This document shows positions 16,667 through 24,099 of a stretch of DNA of 64,000 nt, piece after piece. Made by a program: the position numbers and the translations under genes. Under the pieces are notes generated by a model that was not told the DNA's origin, made no database searches, and worked only from the letters and a program-made list of their open reading frames with translations. The DNA is from a virus, in the IMG/VR virus record IMGVR_UViG_3300046837_000274; one strand, written 5' to 3'. How positions within the stretch are numbered: the first letter of the stretch is position 1; the number at the start of each line of letters is the position of its first letter.

Positions 16667-17526
16667 GCCGCTATCAGCCGCAGGCCATGTTCATCCGCGT
16701 TAGAAGGGATCACCAGTCCGTCTCGCAGCACCGGCTTTATGTGAGCGAACGCGCGGTAATCCACATAGTGATGCACCCTGCCGAAGCGCTGCGTGATCCG
16801 CGTCACGTCCGGGTGCAACGCTACGATCATACGGCTCTTCGGCACCGTGCCGCCTCGGTATAGCTCGTCTGTGTTGCCGCCGCGCATCGTCAGCGTCGTT
16901 TGTTTCGCCTGAAGGAAGGCGTTGAAGAGCACCGTGCACCATGACGCTTTCAGCATCCGCAGCGACAGGTCGGTGTCCTCGTTGAAGCGCGCGCGCCAGC
17001 GAAATGGCAGATCGGTTCGAATCAGGTTGCAGGAGTAGATGCGGGTGTTGATCGTGAACGGAGGAATAAGCTGTCTGCGCTTGGCGAAGAAGACGTAATT
17101 GGGCCCTACCATGCCGACGTTCTGATAGCGCTCGGCGAACTCCTCCATGAGCCGAAAGCACGAGCCGTCTGCCAGCGGAATCTTCAGATTGTGCGCGAGC
17201 CGGTAGAATGCCCTGATGTTGTCATCGACTGTCCAATGCCACTTCGCTCCAGCCGCTTTGGCGTGATCCCATGCGAAGTTGCGAGCAGGTCCAGAGCCGC
17301 GCGTCTTGTTTCCTCCATGCGCGTCGCAGGTGTCGTAGTCACGCTGATATGCCGGATCGAGTACCAGTATCCTGCCCGGGTCGATTACGGCGGCGTATAG
17401 GTCGAATTCCTGCCGCTCGACGATGATCCGAAACGGCACCTGCATCCGTTCCAGCGCTTTGACTGTCAACCGGCTGTCCGCTCGGCCCTTGCTCACGATG
17501 TAGATCGGGTGGTGCGGGTTGGTCAT
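16663..17526 (-). CDS. GT-A-like glycosyltransferase, paralog 1
   Basis: Start reset to ATG 17526 ('MTNPHHPIYIVSKGR' aligns with the paralog's N-terminus). 287 aa. ATGA overlap with paralog 2. Confidence 0.45.
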   Translation of the reverse strand: MTNPHHPIYIVSKGRADSRLTVKALERMQVPFRIIVERQEFDLYAAVIDPGRILVLDPAYQRDYDTCDAHGGNKTRGSGPARNFAWDHAKAAGAKWHWTVDDNIRAFYRLAHNLKIPLADGSCFRLMEEFAERYQNVGMVGPNYVFFAKRRQLIPPFTINTRIYSCNLIRTDLPFRWRARFNEDTDLSLRMLKASWCTVLFNAFLQAKQTTLTMRGGNTDELYRGGTVPKSRMIVALHPDVTRITQRFGRVHHYVDYRAFAHIKPVLRDGLVIPSNADEHGLRLIAA

Positions 17527-18235
17527 CGACTTTCCATCGCTGGTTAGCTTGCGCGACACGCGGCTCGGCAGGATGCCAGAGATATTTCGTCTTGTCAGTT
17601 ACCGACTGACCCATGCGATTCGCGAAGTCGTCCACGCCGCTCTGGTCTTTGAAGTGCACGACGATCGAGCGCCACGCCATCAGATCGTCCTGCGAGAACG
17701 CGGGCATGCCGCCCCACTCGCGATTCGGATCGAAGTCGCGATCCGGCTCCAGCAGGTGCACCAGTTCAGCCTCGCCGAAGCCGAGCAGCGTCACGTCGAA
17801 CGAAGACGCTGCCAGTTCGCCCACTTCCTTGATCAGTAGCTCCTGCGACCAGTCGGCGTTCATCGCCAGCTTGTTGTCGGCGATCACGTAAGCCCTGATC
17901 TGCTCGGGCGACCAGCCGCGCGCGACCATCACCGGTATGTCCGGCAGGTTCAGCAGCGCCGCTGCCCGTGTTCGCGCGTGCCCCGCGATCAGCACCCCCT
18001 GCTCGTCTACCAGCACCGGCATCGTCCAGCCCCACTGGCGGATGCTGTTCGCAAGCTGCTCGATCTGCTCGGGACTGTGCAGGCGCGCGTTGGCCAGATA
18101 CGGCTTCAGCGACGCAATCGGGCGACGCTCGATCTTGTCGGCAGGCCACGCTCGGGGCTGTCGCTCTGCTGACGCAGGGGGAGCAGGCTTCCCGGCAGGG
18201 GGTCGAGGGGGACGCTTCGCTGCTTTGCGTGCCAT
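17339..18235 (-). CDS. ParB/Srx-fold N-terminal domain protein
   Basis: 298 aa. 'IASLKPYLANARLHSPEQIEQLANSIRQWGWTMPVLVDEQGVLIAGHARTRAA', and 'GWSPEQIRAYVIADNKL'. The last ~60 codons run 188 nt into the next gene in another frame. Confidence 0.7.
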   Translation of the reverse strand: MARKAAKRPPRPPAGKPAPPASAERQPRAWPADKIERRPIASLKPYLANARLHSPEQIEQLANSIRQWGWTMPVLVDEQGVLIAGHARTRAAALLNLPDIPVMVARGWSPEQIRAYVIADNKLAMNADWSQELLIKEVGELAASSFDVTLLGFGEAELVHLLEPDRDFDPNREWGGMPAFSQDDLMAWRSIVVHFKDQSGVDDFANRMGQSVTDKTKYLWHPAEPRVAQANQRWKVDDQPAPPDLHREQGPSGQPVDSQSAGTDAGAVSDHRRAAGIRPIRRRNRPGQDTGTRSGISA

Positions 18236-18259
18236 CGTATCGACCTTCGCTGCTCTCGC

Positions 18260-19090
18260 TCAGACAAGCAAGGTTCGTCGCCAACTCTTGCTGCGGTTCT
18301 GGTGCTTCGACAGTGGCCGCAGGTTCGTCAGCGCCCACGCTGCGCGGAACTCGGGATCGTCGGCGCTGGTGAATGAGAACGACGCCAGCGGCATGACGTG
18401 ATCGATTTCCCACACTGACCCGTAATTGTCCCACGACATCTTCGCTTTGAACTGCCGAGCGAGATGCGCCATCAGGTCCGTCGCCGTGTAACCCGCCAGC
18501 TTCTCCCATGATCGACCGTTCTTCTGTCGGAGCAGAGCTGTCGCTACTGCTGTTCTCATCGCCCTTGAAATCCGCTCTTTCGGCTGGCTGTTTCGATGCT
18601 GCTTGCGGCACTTTGCCGAGCAGTAAAGCTGGTTCGCTCGCCCTTCGAACGACGCGCTGCACACACGGCAGCGTCTGGTCAGTTCGATCCCGCACATCGG
18701 CGAGCAGTAAAGCTGGCTCGCAGTAGTCTTCGTGAATGATCCGCTGCACTTCGGACAGGTAAGCGTGCTTCCGACTTTGGCCATTTTCACAGGTCGACGT
18801 GCGTCGCGGATGTGGATCTTCTCGGCATTCACGATTGGGCGGCAGGTGTCGCAATACCGGTGCGACATCCACCTGCTGATGAATGCCGCCTTGCATCTGA
18901 CGCATGGTTGCACTCGTGCCATGCTCTCGCGAGTGCGCTCCCCCCTCTCTCGTCGTCGGGCTTGCACGCGTCGCAGTTCGTGTTCTCGGTCGAGCGCCTT
19001 GCGGCAGGGGGCGCAGTAGCGCTGACCATTTCCTCGTGGCTCGTAGCCCCTCTTGCAACGCCAGCACTGTTCCGTGTGCAGACCATTCAT
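18260..19090 (-). CDS. HNH endonuclease with four N-terminal CxxC...CxxC zinc-ribbon repeats
   Basis: 276 aa. Four repeats (for example 'CVRCKAAFISRWMSHRYCDTC'), then 'WEIDHVMPLA...NLRPLSKHQNRSK' (HNH). GGGGG Shine-Dalgarno 8 nt upstream of the ATG. Confidence 0.75.
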   Translation of the reverse strand: MNGLHTEQCWRCKRGYEPRGNGQRYCAPCRKALDREHELRRVQARRRERGERTRESMARVQPCVRCKAAFISRWMSHRYCDTCRPIVNAEKIHIRDARRPVKMAKVGSTLTCPKCSGSFTKTTASQLYCSPMCGIELTRRCRVCSASFEGRANQLYCSAKCRKQHRNSQPKERISRAMRTAVATALLRQKNGRSWEKLAGYTATDLMAHLARQFKAKMSWDNYGSVWEIDHVMPLASFSFTSADDPEFRAAWALTNLRPLSKHQNRSKSWRRTLLV

Positions 19091-19496
19091 TGAGCTACCC
19101 CCTTTTTTCTGGGGGTCTCATATCCCAATTTTGAGTGAGGGTGTGCAGCCGCGGGCGCTGCTTCTGGCGGAAGACCTGTCCACTTGGCCGGTCCCCTCCC
19201 CCCTTCCCATCTCAAATCGTGAGACGCGCGCTAGTGGGTCTGCCTGCGCGCTGGGCCGGTTGCGTGCTCTGGCCGCTGTGCTGATGCGGGGACGGCTCTG
19301 GGGGCGTGTGAGCCGCTCGGCTACAGGCTGGCGTGCGGCAAGCATCCGTCTGGCTGAGCGCGGACGGCTGCGTGCACGTGCTCGCGGCACCGAGGCAGCG
19401 CGCGCAGGGGCGTGGAGGGGGCATGGCCCAGATGTCGGCAGGGGTGGCCTGTTCTGGCCTGCTATGGCCTGCACGGCACGCGCGGGGCAGCGTGCG
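19091..19496 (-). promoter_or_regulatory. 406-bp non-coding region at the head of the late operon (candidate late promoter / cos-pac region)
   Basis: Only Arg/Ala-rich junk ORFs cross it. It contains phased repeats and a hairpin, ACCCCC(19097-19102)/GGGGGT(19111-19116), covering the Shine-Dalgarno of 18260..19090. Confidence 0.3.
19445..19471. repeat. three TGGCCTG direct repeats with exact 10-bp phasing
   Basis: TGGCCTG at 19445-19451, 19455-19461 and 19465-19471 (TGGCCTGTTC TGGCCTGCTA TGGCCTG). Confidence 0.6.
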
Positions 19497-19865
19497 TCAT
19501 GGCATGCCCACCCCGCTGGTGCTCCAGAGCGCACGTGCGAGCGCGATGGGGTCGATGCCTGGGGCGGTGCTGCTCCACCATGCCCGCTCGTCTCCGCGTG
19601 CATGCAGCGCGTCGTGGTGCTGGCGGCACAGGGGCACGAGCCAGTCGTCTCCGCTCTTCAGCGACATCGCGGACGGCTCGGCGTGCATGAGATGGTGCGG
19701 CTCGCCATGGCGGTAGCAGCCCGGCACCGAGCAGCCCAGCGTGGCCACCCAGCGCCGATGCTTCGCACTGCGCTTGCGCTCAGACGTGGCTGCCACCCTT
19801 CTCAGGATGCGCGCGGGCGTGGCATCGACCGCAGACGGCATGCAGATTGAACAGGGCATCAGCAC
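19497..19865 (-). CDS. HNH-type nuclease, DUF968/Ref-like
   Basis: 'HRRWVATLGCSVPGCYRHGEPHHLMH...GDDWLVPLCRQHHDALHARGDERAWW'. Start uncertain: GTG 19796 would cut the overlap with the upstream HNH gene. Confidence 0.5.
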   Translation of the reverse strand: MLMPCSICMPSAVDATPARILRRVAATSERKRSAKHRRWVATLGCSVPGCYRHGEPHHLMHAEPSAMSLKSGDDWLVPLCRQHHDALHARGDERAWWSSTAPGIDPIALARALWSTSGVGMP

Positions 19866-20082
19866 CGCCGTCCTTGCGTGCGATGATGTGATGCGCGGTC
19901 ACTGCGCGCTGATAGCAGCCGTCGTAGCGAAGCTGGCAGCGATAGCCGTCGCGGATGAGGACAGCCTCACGCAGCGCTGTCCACTCAGCGGAGCGATAGA
20001 ACGAGCCTGCTTGCGACGGACGCACTGTCTTGCCGGGTCGGTCCGCCCGCACAGGCTGGTGGATAGGCGGACGGAATGGCAT
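19780..20082 (-). CDS. HNH endonuclease (terminase-associated type)
   Basis: 100 aa. 'YRSAEWTALREAVLIRDGYRCQLRYDGC...AHHIIARKDGGADALFNLHAVCGRCHARAH'. Confidence 0.8.
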   Translation of the reverse strand: MPFRPPIHQPVRADRPGKTVRPSQAGSFYRSAEWTALREAVLIRDGYRCQLRYDGCYQRAVTAHHIIARKDGGADALFNLHAVCGRCHARAHPEKGGSHV

Positions 20083-20297
20083 CAGCCCCTCTGCCCGTGC
20101 TTGCCCTGCTGCCCCAGCACGTCGTCATAGCCAGCAGCTTCTGGAGCCACGTCGAGTTCAGCCTCGCTGACCACGAAGGGCAGCGCTCGCTTGTAGCGCA
20201 CCATGGCGTAGCCCTCTGCCCGTGCCAGCACCCGCAGCACCCCATACTTCCAGTGTCGGTGCTCACGCTCGATGCGTGGACGTCGCGTCTGCATCAC
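20082..20297 (-). CDS. hypothetical protein
   Basis: 71-aa ORF with ATGA overlap upstream. Confidence 0.4.
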   Translation of the reverse strand: MMQTRRPRIEREHRHWKYGVLRVLARAEGYAMVRYKRALPFVVSEAELDVAPEAAGYDDVLGQQGKHGQRG

Positions 20298-20524
20298 CCC
20301 TCGCTGGGCAGTAGAGGGATGAGGCTGGGGCGTGCTGCCTGACGTGTCGCCTTGTGCGGGGAGGGGCGCTTCTCTGCCCGGTCACCGGCGCGGTCGATGA
20401 TCCCAGCGACGATGCCCCTGCTGATGCCCATGGCTGCCGCGATGCCGTTGCTCGTCTCGCCCCTGTTCCAGCGCTCCAGCACTTCCTGCGAGCGTGCCGC
20501 GTTCTTGCGTTGTCCATGCTTCAT
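20294..20524 (-). CDS. GcrA-like HTH protein
   Basis: Start reset to ATG 20524 (ATGA overlap). 76 aa. 'VLERWNRGETSNGIAAAMGISRGIVAGIIDRAG' follows the GcrA N-terminal pattern (W..G.S..IA...G.SR.AV.G...R.G). Confidence 0.5.
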   Translation of the reverse strand: MKHGQRKNAARSQEVLERWNRGETSNGIAAAMGISRGIVAGIIDRAGDRAEKRPSPHKATRQAARPSLIPLLPSEG

Positions 20525-20721
20525 CGCAGGCTGGCCAGGAACTTCCGCAGTTCGGCGATGAGCGTGCTGATCGCTTTCTTGTGCCGGTCGCGCCACGTCT
20601 GATGGCAGACCGCAGCGCGCTGCTTGTTGTCGGAATAGTCGGCCACCATGACCTTGTCGCCCATGCACCGGCTGATGAAGTCGTCCTGCTTCTCATCGGT
20701 CTGCGGCTGGGGTATCGGCAT
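20521..20721 (-). CDS. hypothetical protein
   Basis: 66 aa from ATG 20721. 'QTDEKQDDFISRCMGDKVMVADYSDNKQRAAVCHQTW' is a small motif I have seen in phages; function unknown. Confidence 0.4.
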   Translation of the reverse strand: MPIPQPQTDEKQDDFISRCMGDKVMVADYSDNKQRAAVCHQTWRDRHKKAISTLIAELRKFLASLR

Positions 20722-20918
20722 CAGACCGACTCCTCGTGATGCTGCCAGTGCGGCAACTCGGCGCGCATCGCTTCCAGATAGTCGGCAGCGAGGCAAGCGT
20801 CGGACTTGAATTGCCGCTGGTAACCGCCGCCCATCGGCTCGTGCTGACGCTGACCTTGCTTGCGCAAGTGCATGATCAGGTGGTCGAGTTCGCGCGGGGT
20901 TAGATCGTCGATCGGCAC
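20721..20918 (-). CDS. hypothetical protein
   Basis: 65-aa ORF in the operon. Confidence 0.4.
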   Translation of the reverse strand: MPIDDLTPRELDHLIMHLRKQGQRQHEPMGGGYQRQFKSDACLAADYLEAMRAELPHWQHHEESV

Positions 20919-20919
20919 T

Positions 20920-21144
20920 TCAGCGGCCCTCCGTCATGTCGAGCGCTGCCTGCCCGAGCGCGGTGAGGCGCTTGTAAGCCAGATCGCGGCCAGGAAGCTT
21001 TCGATCCTGCACCAGCCGCGCATCGGCCATCGCCTGCATGATCGCTTCATGGTTGCACTGCTGGTCTGGCGTAAACCAGAGGGCCGCCAGCGCTTGCCGC
21101 ATCGCGTCGCGCTGCGCGATCACGTCTGACAGCTTCTCGGTCAC
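20920..21144 (-). CDS. hypothetical protein
   Basis: 74-aa ORF with ATGA overlap upstream. Confidence 0.4.
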   Translation of the reverse strand: MTEKLSDVIAQRDAMRQALAALWFTPDQQCNHEAIMQAMADARLVQDRKLPGRDLAYKRLTALGQAALDMTEGR

Positions 21145-21455
21145 GCGTGCCCCTCCGGCAGTGACCAGCGCAGCTTCATCGCCGCGCCGAAGGCTTCCAG
21201 TTCATCCTTCATCGAATCCAGCCTCCGCATATCGTTCTCGGTCACCGCCGCGCCGGGATCGAGGACGGCCATGATCGAGCCGAACAAGTGCTGCGCTCCG
21301 CAGAAGAAAATCGTCCGGTGTAAGTCTTCCGGCGGCAGCGATCCGTCGTTCCGCTCCAGTATGTCACGCAGAATGACCCAGCCAGATTCGATCAGGAGGC
21401 CCTCGTCGCTCAGTTTGCGCGCGAGGTCGGTGATGGCTTGTTCGAGGTTTTTCAC
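21141..21455 (-). CDS. hypothetical protein
   Basis: Start reset to GTG 21455 (GTGA overlap). 104 aa, 'VKNLEQAITDLARKLSDEGLLIESGW...'. Confidence 0.4.
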   Translation of the reverse strand: MKNLEQAITDLARKLSDEGLLIESGWVILRDILERNDGSLPPEDLHRTIFFCGAQHLFGSIMAVLDPGAAVTENDMRRLDSMKDELEAFGAAMKLRWSLPEGHA

Positions 21456-21742
21456 TTCAATTCGATCCACTTCCCGTTGATCAGCACGCGCTTCGGCTCG
21501 GGACCGCGCAGTGCGTTGATGGCGTCGGCGATGATCTGATGATCGAACGGGACTGCCGTCTCGCCCACGCGGAAAGTGTCGGTCTTCGGAACGGTGCTGC
21601 TGCGGCCGCGCGGTATCTCGACCGCGCGCGTCAGTTCGGGGAATTCGACGCAGCGATAGAGGCGGCGCGCGAATCCCTGCCCGTCGAGGAACGCCACGCA
21701 CTGCAAGCGCACGGCGCGCACGTCGTCAGCGGTTACTTTCAT
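21452..21742 (-). CDS. hypothetical protein
   Basis: 96-aa ORF with ATGA overlap upstream. Confidence 0.45.
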   Translation of the reverse strand: MKVTADDVRAVRLQCVAFLDGQGFARRLYRCVEFPELTRAVEIPRGRSSTVPKTDTFRVGETAVPFDHQIIADAINALRGPEPKRVLINGKWIELK

Positions 21743-21981
21743 GCGGTCACCCGCCGGGGCTTCGGAGGCGGCACGTTCGCGACTTCATCGAACGAGCGCG
21801 CGCGCGCATCCATCTTGCGCAGCCATTGCGCCAACTCGGCATCGATCGGCTCTTTTCCCCTGCACATCTTGCGTGTGTGGCTGTTGTCTCGCCCCGCCAT
21901 CTCGGCCAGATAGCCCTGCGTCCATCCCAGCCGCTCTAAGATGTCGCGCAGTTCGCGCACCGTCATCGCAGCATCAATCAT
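21739..21981 (-). CDS. HTH DNA-binding protein
   Basis: Start reset to ATG 21981 behind GGAGAAGG. 'MTVRELRDILERLGWTQGYLAEMAGRDNSHTRKMCRGKEPI' is XRE/Cro-like. Confidence 0.5.
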   Translation of the reverse strand: MIDAAMTVRELRDILERLGWTQGYLAEMAGRDNSHTRKMCRGKEPIDAELAQWLRKMDARARSFDEVANVPPPKPRRVTA

Positions 21982-22082
21982 CGGACACCTTCTCCTTCCG
22001 GCGCACCGGGGCAGCGCATCCCTGCGCCACCCCGGCCCGCGTCGCGGCAAACGTGCTCACCGCACGGCCACGACAAGCTGGT

Positions 22083-22352
22083 TCAGTTCTTGCGCTCGTG
22101 CTCCGGTGCACGCTGCGGCGGCTTTGGCCAGACCGGGCGCTGGCCCACGGCCGCCTCGACCAGATCACCGAACACATCCTGCATCAACTGCATGAACGCG
22201 GCTTTGCGGTCTTCACGTTGCACCAGCATCAGCATGATCGAGCCGAGCAGCGTCGCCTCATTCATCGTGTCAGCTTCAGCGAGGTAAGCACGCCACTCGC
22301 CATCTTCTTCGCGGAAAGCCAGCCTGCCGAACTGCTCCAGATGCTCGCTCAT
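22083..22352 (-). CDS. hypothetical protein
   Basis: 89-aa ORF with ATGA overlap upstream. Confidence 0.45.
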   Translation of the reverse strand: MSEHLEQFGRLAFREEDGEWRAYLAEADTMNEATLLGSIMLMLVQREDRKAAFMQLMQDVFGDLVEAAVGQRPVWPKPPQRAPEHERKN

Positions 22353-22507
22353 GACGCGACCCGCGTGGGCGTCTCGTCAGCGGAGCGTTCGACGATCGGG
22401 ATCGGGCGCGGCGTGTTGCCGACGATCTTCTGTTCACGCTCCATGATCATGCAGGCGAGACGATGCACGACGCGGTCCCACAGGTCAGCAGGTGCGGGCG
22501 GGATCAT
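22349..22507 (-). CDS. hypothetical small protein
   Basis: 52 aa from ATG 22507 (ATGA overlap with the DUF932 gene stop). Confidence 0.3.
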   Translation of the reverse strand: MIPPAPADLWDRVVHRLACMIMEREQKIVGNTPRPIPIVERSADETPTRVAS

Positions 22508-23616
22508 GCCGCCATCCTCTGCGGGTCGCCCTCGGCCAAGCTGATGCGCTTCCACTCACTCGCAGGCAAGTCGATGATCAGCCCGCCCATGCGCTCTATT
22601 TCCGACGCCCGGTCGTAGCTTTCAACATCTTCCGCCGTGCGCGTGATCGCGTTAAACATTCCGTAACGCGACAGATCAGCGCCCTCTATCAGATGGCGCA
22701 GGACGCTCTTCTGTTCGCCCTCCGTCAGCCCGAAGCGCTTGGCCGTGAAATTGACCGACTGCACCGGGTCGCCCGCGATCTTCTGTGTGGTCGTCTCAGT
22801 GATCTTCGCGATGCGGTCGCGGAAGCGCATCTCGTTGAACGCGCCCTTGGCGACGTCGCGCACCTGCATCCAGAGCGCTTTGTCGGTCGCGGCGCGCGTC
22901 GCATCGCTCAGCAGCGCGGCGACGTTCTCCCCGGCAGCGAGTTCGTGACGCGCTCCCACGTGGCGGCGTTTCATGCTGTCCTGGGAGAAGACCGCCATGT
23001 TGGTGCACGCGCGCGTCCAGATCGCCGTCTCGATGCTGAGCGCGCCCGAGCCGACTTCGCTGTTGCTGATCACGATAGCCGGGACGCAGGTATCGAAGAT
23101 GTGGTGCGAGCCGTCGCCCATGCGCCCGCCGCCGGGGATGTCAGCATTGATGCGCTGATCGACCGCCTTCAGGTAGAGCCGCCGCTCGGTGATTTCGCAC
23201 GAGATGACTTCCAGCTTCAGATCAGCGAAGACCGGCAGCACCGCTTCGGCGAGGTCGATGTTCTCCAGCGGGCGATACGCGTCCGACAGCCACGCGCGCG
23301 TGATCGTGTCCATGGTCCTGATCAGCCGCTTTTCCGGGATGCCGTTGTGCATCCACGCGTTGACGTTGTCGGCGAGCAGGCGCGGCATCTCCTTGCGCAT
23401 GCGGTCGTAATACTGGCCGGGGATGCGCGTGTAATTGCCGATCTGATCGTGCGCCAGTTCGGTGATGCCGAACTCGTCGCTGCCCACGCGCAGCGCCAGC
23501 GCTCCGTTGTTCGACTGCATGCTGATCACGTCCGTCGTGGCAATCATGTCGCGCTTGGCGTTGCTCTGGCGTTCAATTTCAGCCGCCAGTTGGCTGATGC
23601 TCTTGCCGGTCTTCAT
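22504..23616 (-). CDS. DUF932-family protein (phage/plasmid-like)
   Basis: Start reset to ATG 23616 behind GAGAGGA. 370 aa. 'MKTGKSISQLAAEIERQ...', 'LAHDQIGNYTRIPGQYYDRM', 'IVISNSEVGSGALSIE'. Confidence 0.7.
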   Translation of the reverse strand: MKTGKSISQLAAEIERQSNAKRDMIATTDVISMQSNNGALALRVGSDEFGITELAHDQIGNYTRIPGQYYDRMRKEMPRLLADNVNAWMHNGIPEKRLIRTMDTITRAWLSDAYRPLENIDLAEAVLPVFADLKLEVISCEITERRLYLKAVDQRINADIPGGGRMGDGSHHIFDTCVPAIVISNSEVGSGALSIETAIWTRACTNMAVFSQDSMKRRHVGARHELAAGENVAALLSDATRAATDKALWMQVRDVAKGAFNEMRFRDRIAKITETTTQKIAGDPVQSVNFTAKRFGLTEGEQKSVLRHLIEGADLSRYGMFNAITRTAEDVESYDRASEIERMGGLIIDLPASEWKRISLAEGDPQRMAA

Positions 23617-23685
23617 AGGAGTTCGTCCTCTCTCGATGTTGCCGGGGGTCGTCCCCACGGTTCTGCGCCATCTGGTGCATACCAA

Positions 23686-23705
23686 CCCCAGCCCGCAGGC
23701 TGGGG
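23686..23705 (-). terminator. hairpin downstream of the lipoprotein gene (terminator candidate)
   Basis: Minus strand CCCCAGCC-TGCG-GGCTGGGG, a perfect 8-bp stem 10 nt after the stop. It is followed by TTGGTAT (weak U tract). Confidence 0.4.
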
Positions 23706-23715
23706 GCCGCATGCG

Positions 23716-24012
23716 TCAGCGGTGATGATAGTAGTGGTGGTGGTGGTAGTGCGGCTCGGAATCACCGCCCAGGCCGCCGAGCAGAATTGCGAGCGGAAGC
23801 AGGGCAATGGTTGCCACCGCAAGCGTCGTGTTTTCACTCGCTTCGGCGCTGGCCTGAGCTTGCAGCGCGGGGATCGATGCGCACTCTTCAGCGCTGCCAG
23901 CCGGGTTGCTCGCGCAAACACGTTGCGCGTAGTCGAGTTGCGTGCGCGTCGCTTGTGACGCGCAGCCGGTCAGCGTTCCGGCAATGCACAAGGCATAGAT
24001 GAGTCGTTTCAT
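23716..24012 (-). CDS. lipoprotein with C-terminal TM segment and His/Tyr-rich tail (moron)
   Basis: 98 aa. Signal peptide plus lipobox 'LCIAGTLTGC', TM 'LAVATIALLPLAILLGGLGG', and tail 'HYHHHHYYHHR'. Confidence 0.65.
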   Translation of the reverse strand: MKRLIYALCIAGTLTGCASQATRTQLDYAQRVCASNPAGSAEECASIPALQAQASAEASENTTLAVATIALLPLAILLGGLGGDSEPHYHHHHYYHHR

Positions 24013-24067
24013 TGCGAGGTGTCCTCTGCGTTAGTTGCCGGGGCGGAATGCCCTCGGCGTGGGTCGT

Positions 24068-24095
24068 TCTTTACCGAGTGGGGCGAGGTTTGCAA
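24068..24095 (-). promoter_or_regulatory. sigma70-like promoter candidate for the lipoprotein gene
   Basis: Minus strand TTGCAA (24095-24090), 16 nt, TAAAGA (24073-24068). Lies in the 87-nt gap upstream of ATG 24012. Confidence 0.3.
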
Positions 24096-24099
24096 GCGC

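Noticed and set aside
15695-18235. Full DNA hypermodification pathway (hydroxymethylase, TET/JBP dioxygenase or base-activating kinase) to go with the GT-A-like paralogs.
   Set aside because: I could not recognise any thymidylate-synthase-like, 2OG-Fe(II) dioxygenase (HxD...H) or P-loop kinase ORF in the window. The DNA-glycosylation idea is therefore reported only as one of two hypotheses.
19053-19850. 265-aa plus-strand ORF and 161-aa minus-strand ORF (19118..19603) spanning the 406-bp gap.
   Set aside because: Both are Arg/Ala/Gly-rich with no start context or recognisable motifs. The region is better explained as non-coding control or packaging DNA.
23737-23760. (CAC)n / GTGGTG trinucleotide run at the 3' end of the lipoprotein gene, considered as a phase-variation tract.
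   Set aside because: There are only about four perfect units, and the repeat is in-frame. Slippage would change His number rather than switch the gene on or off.
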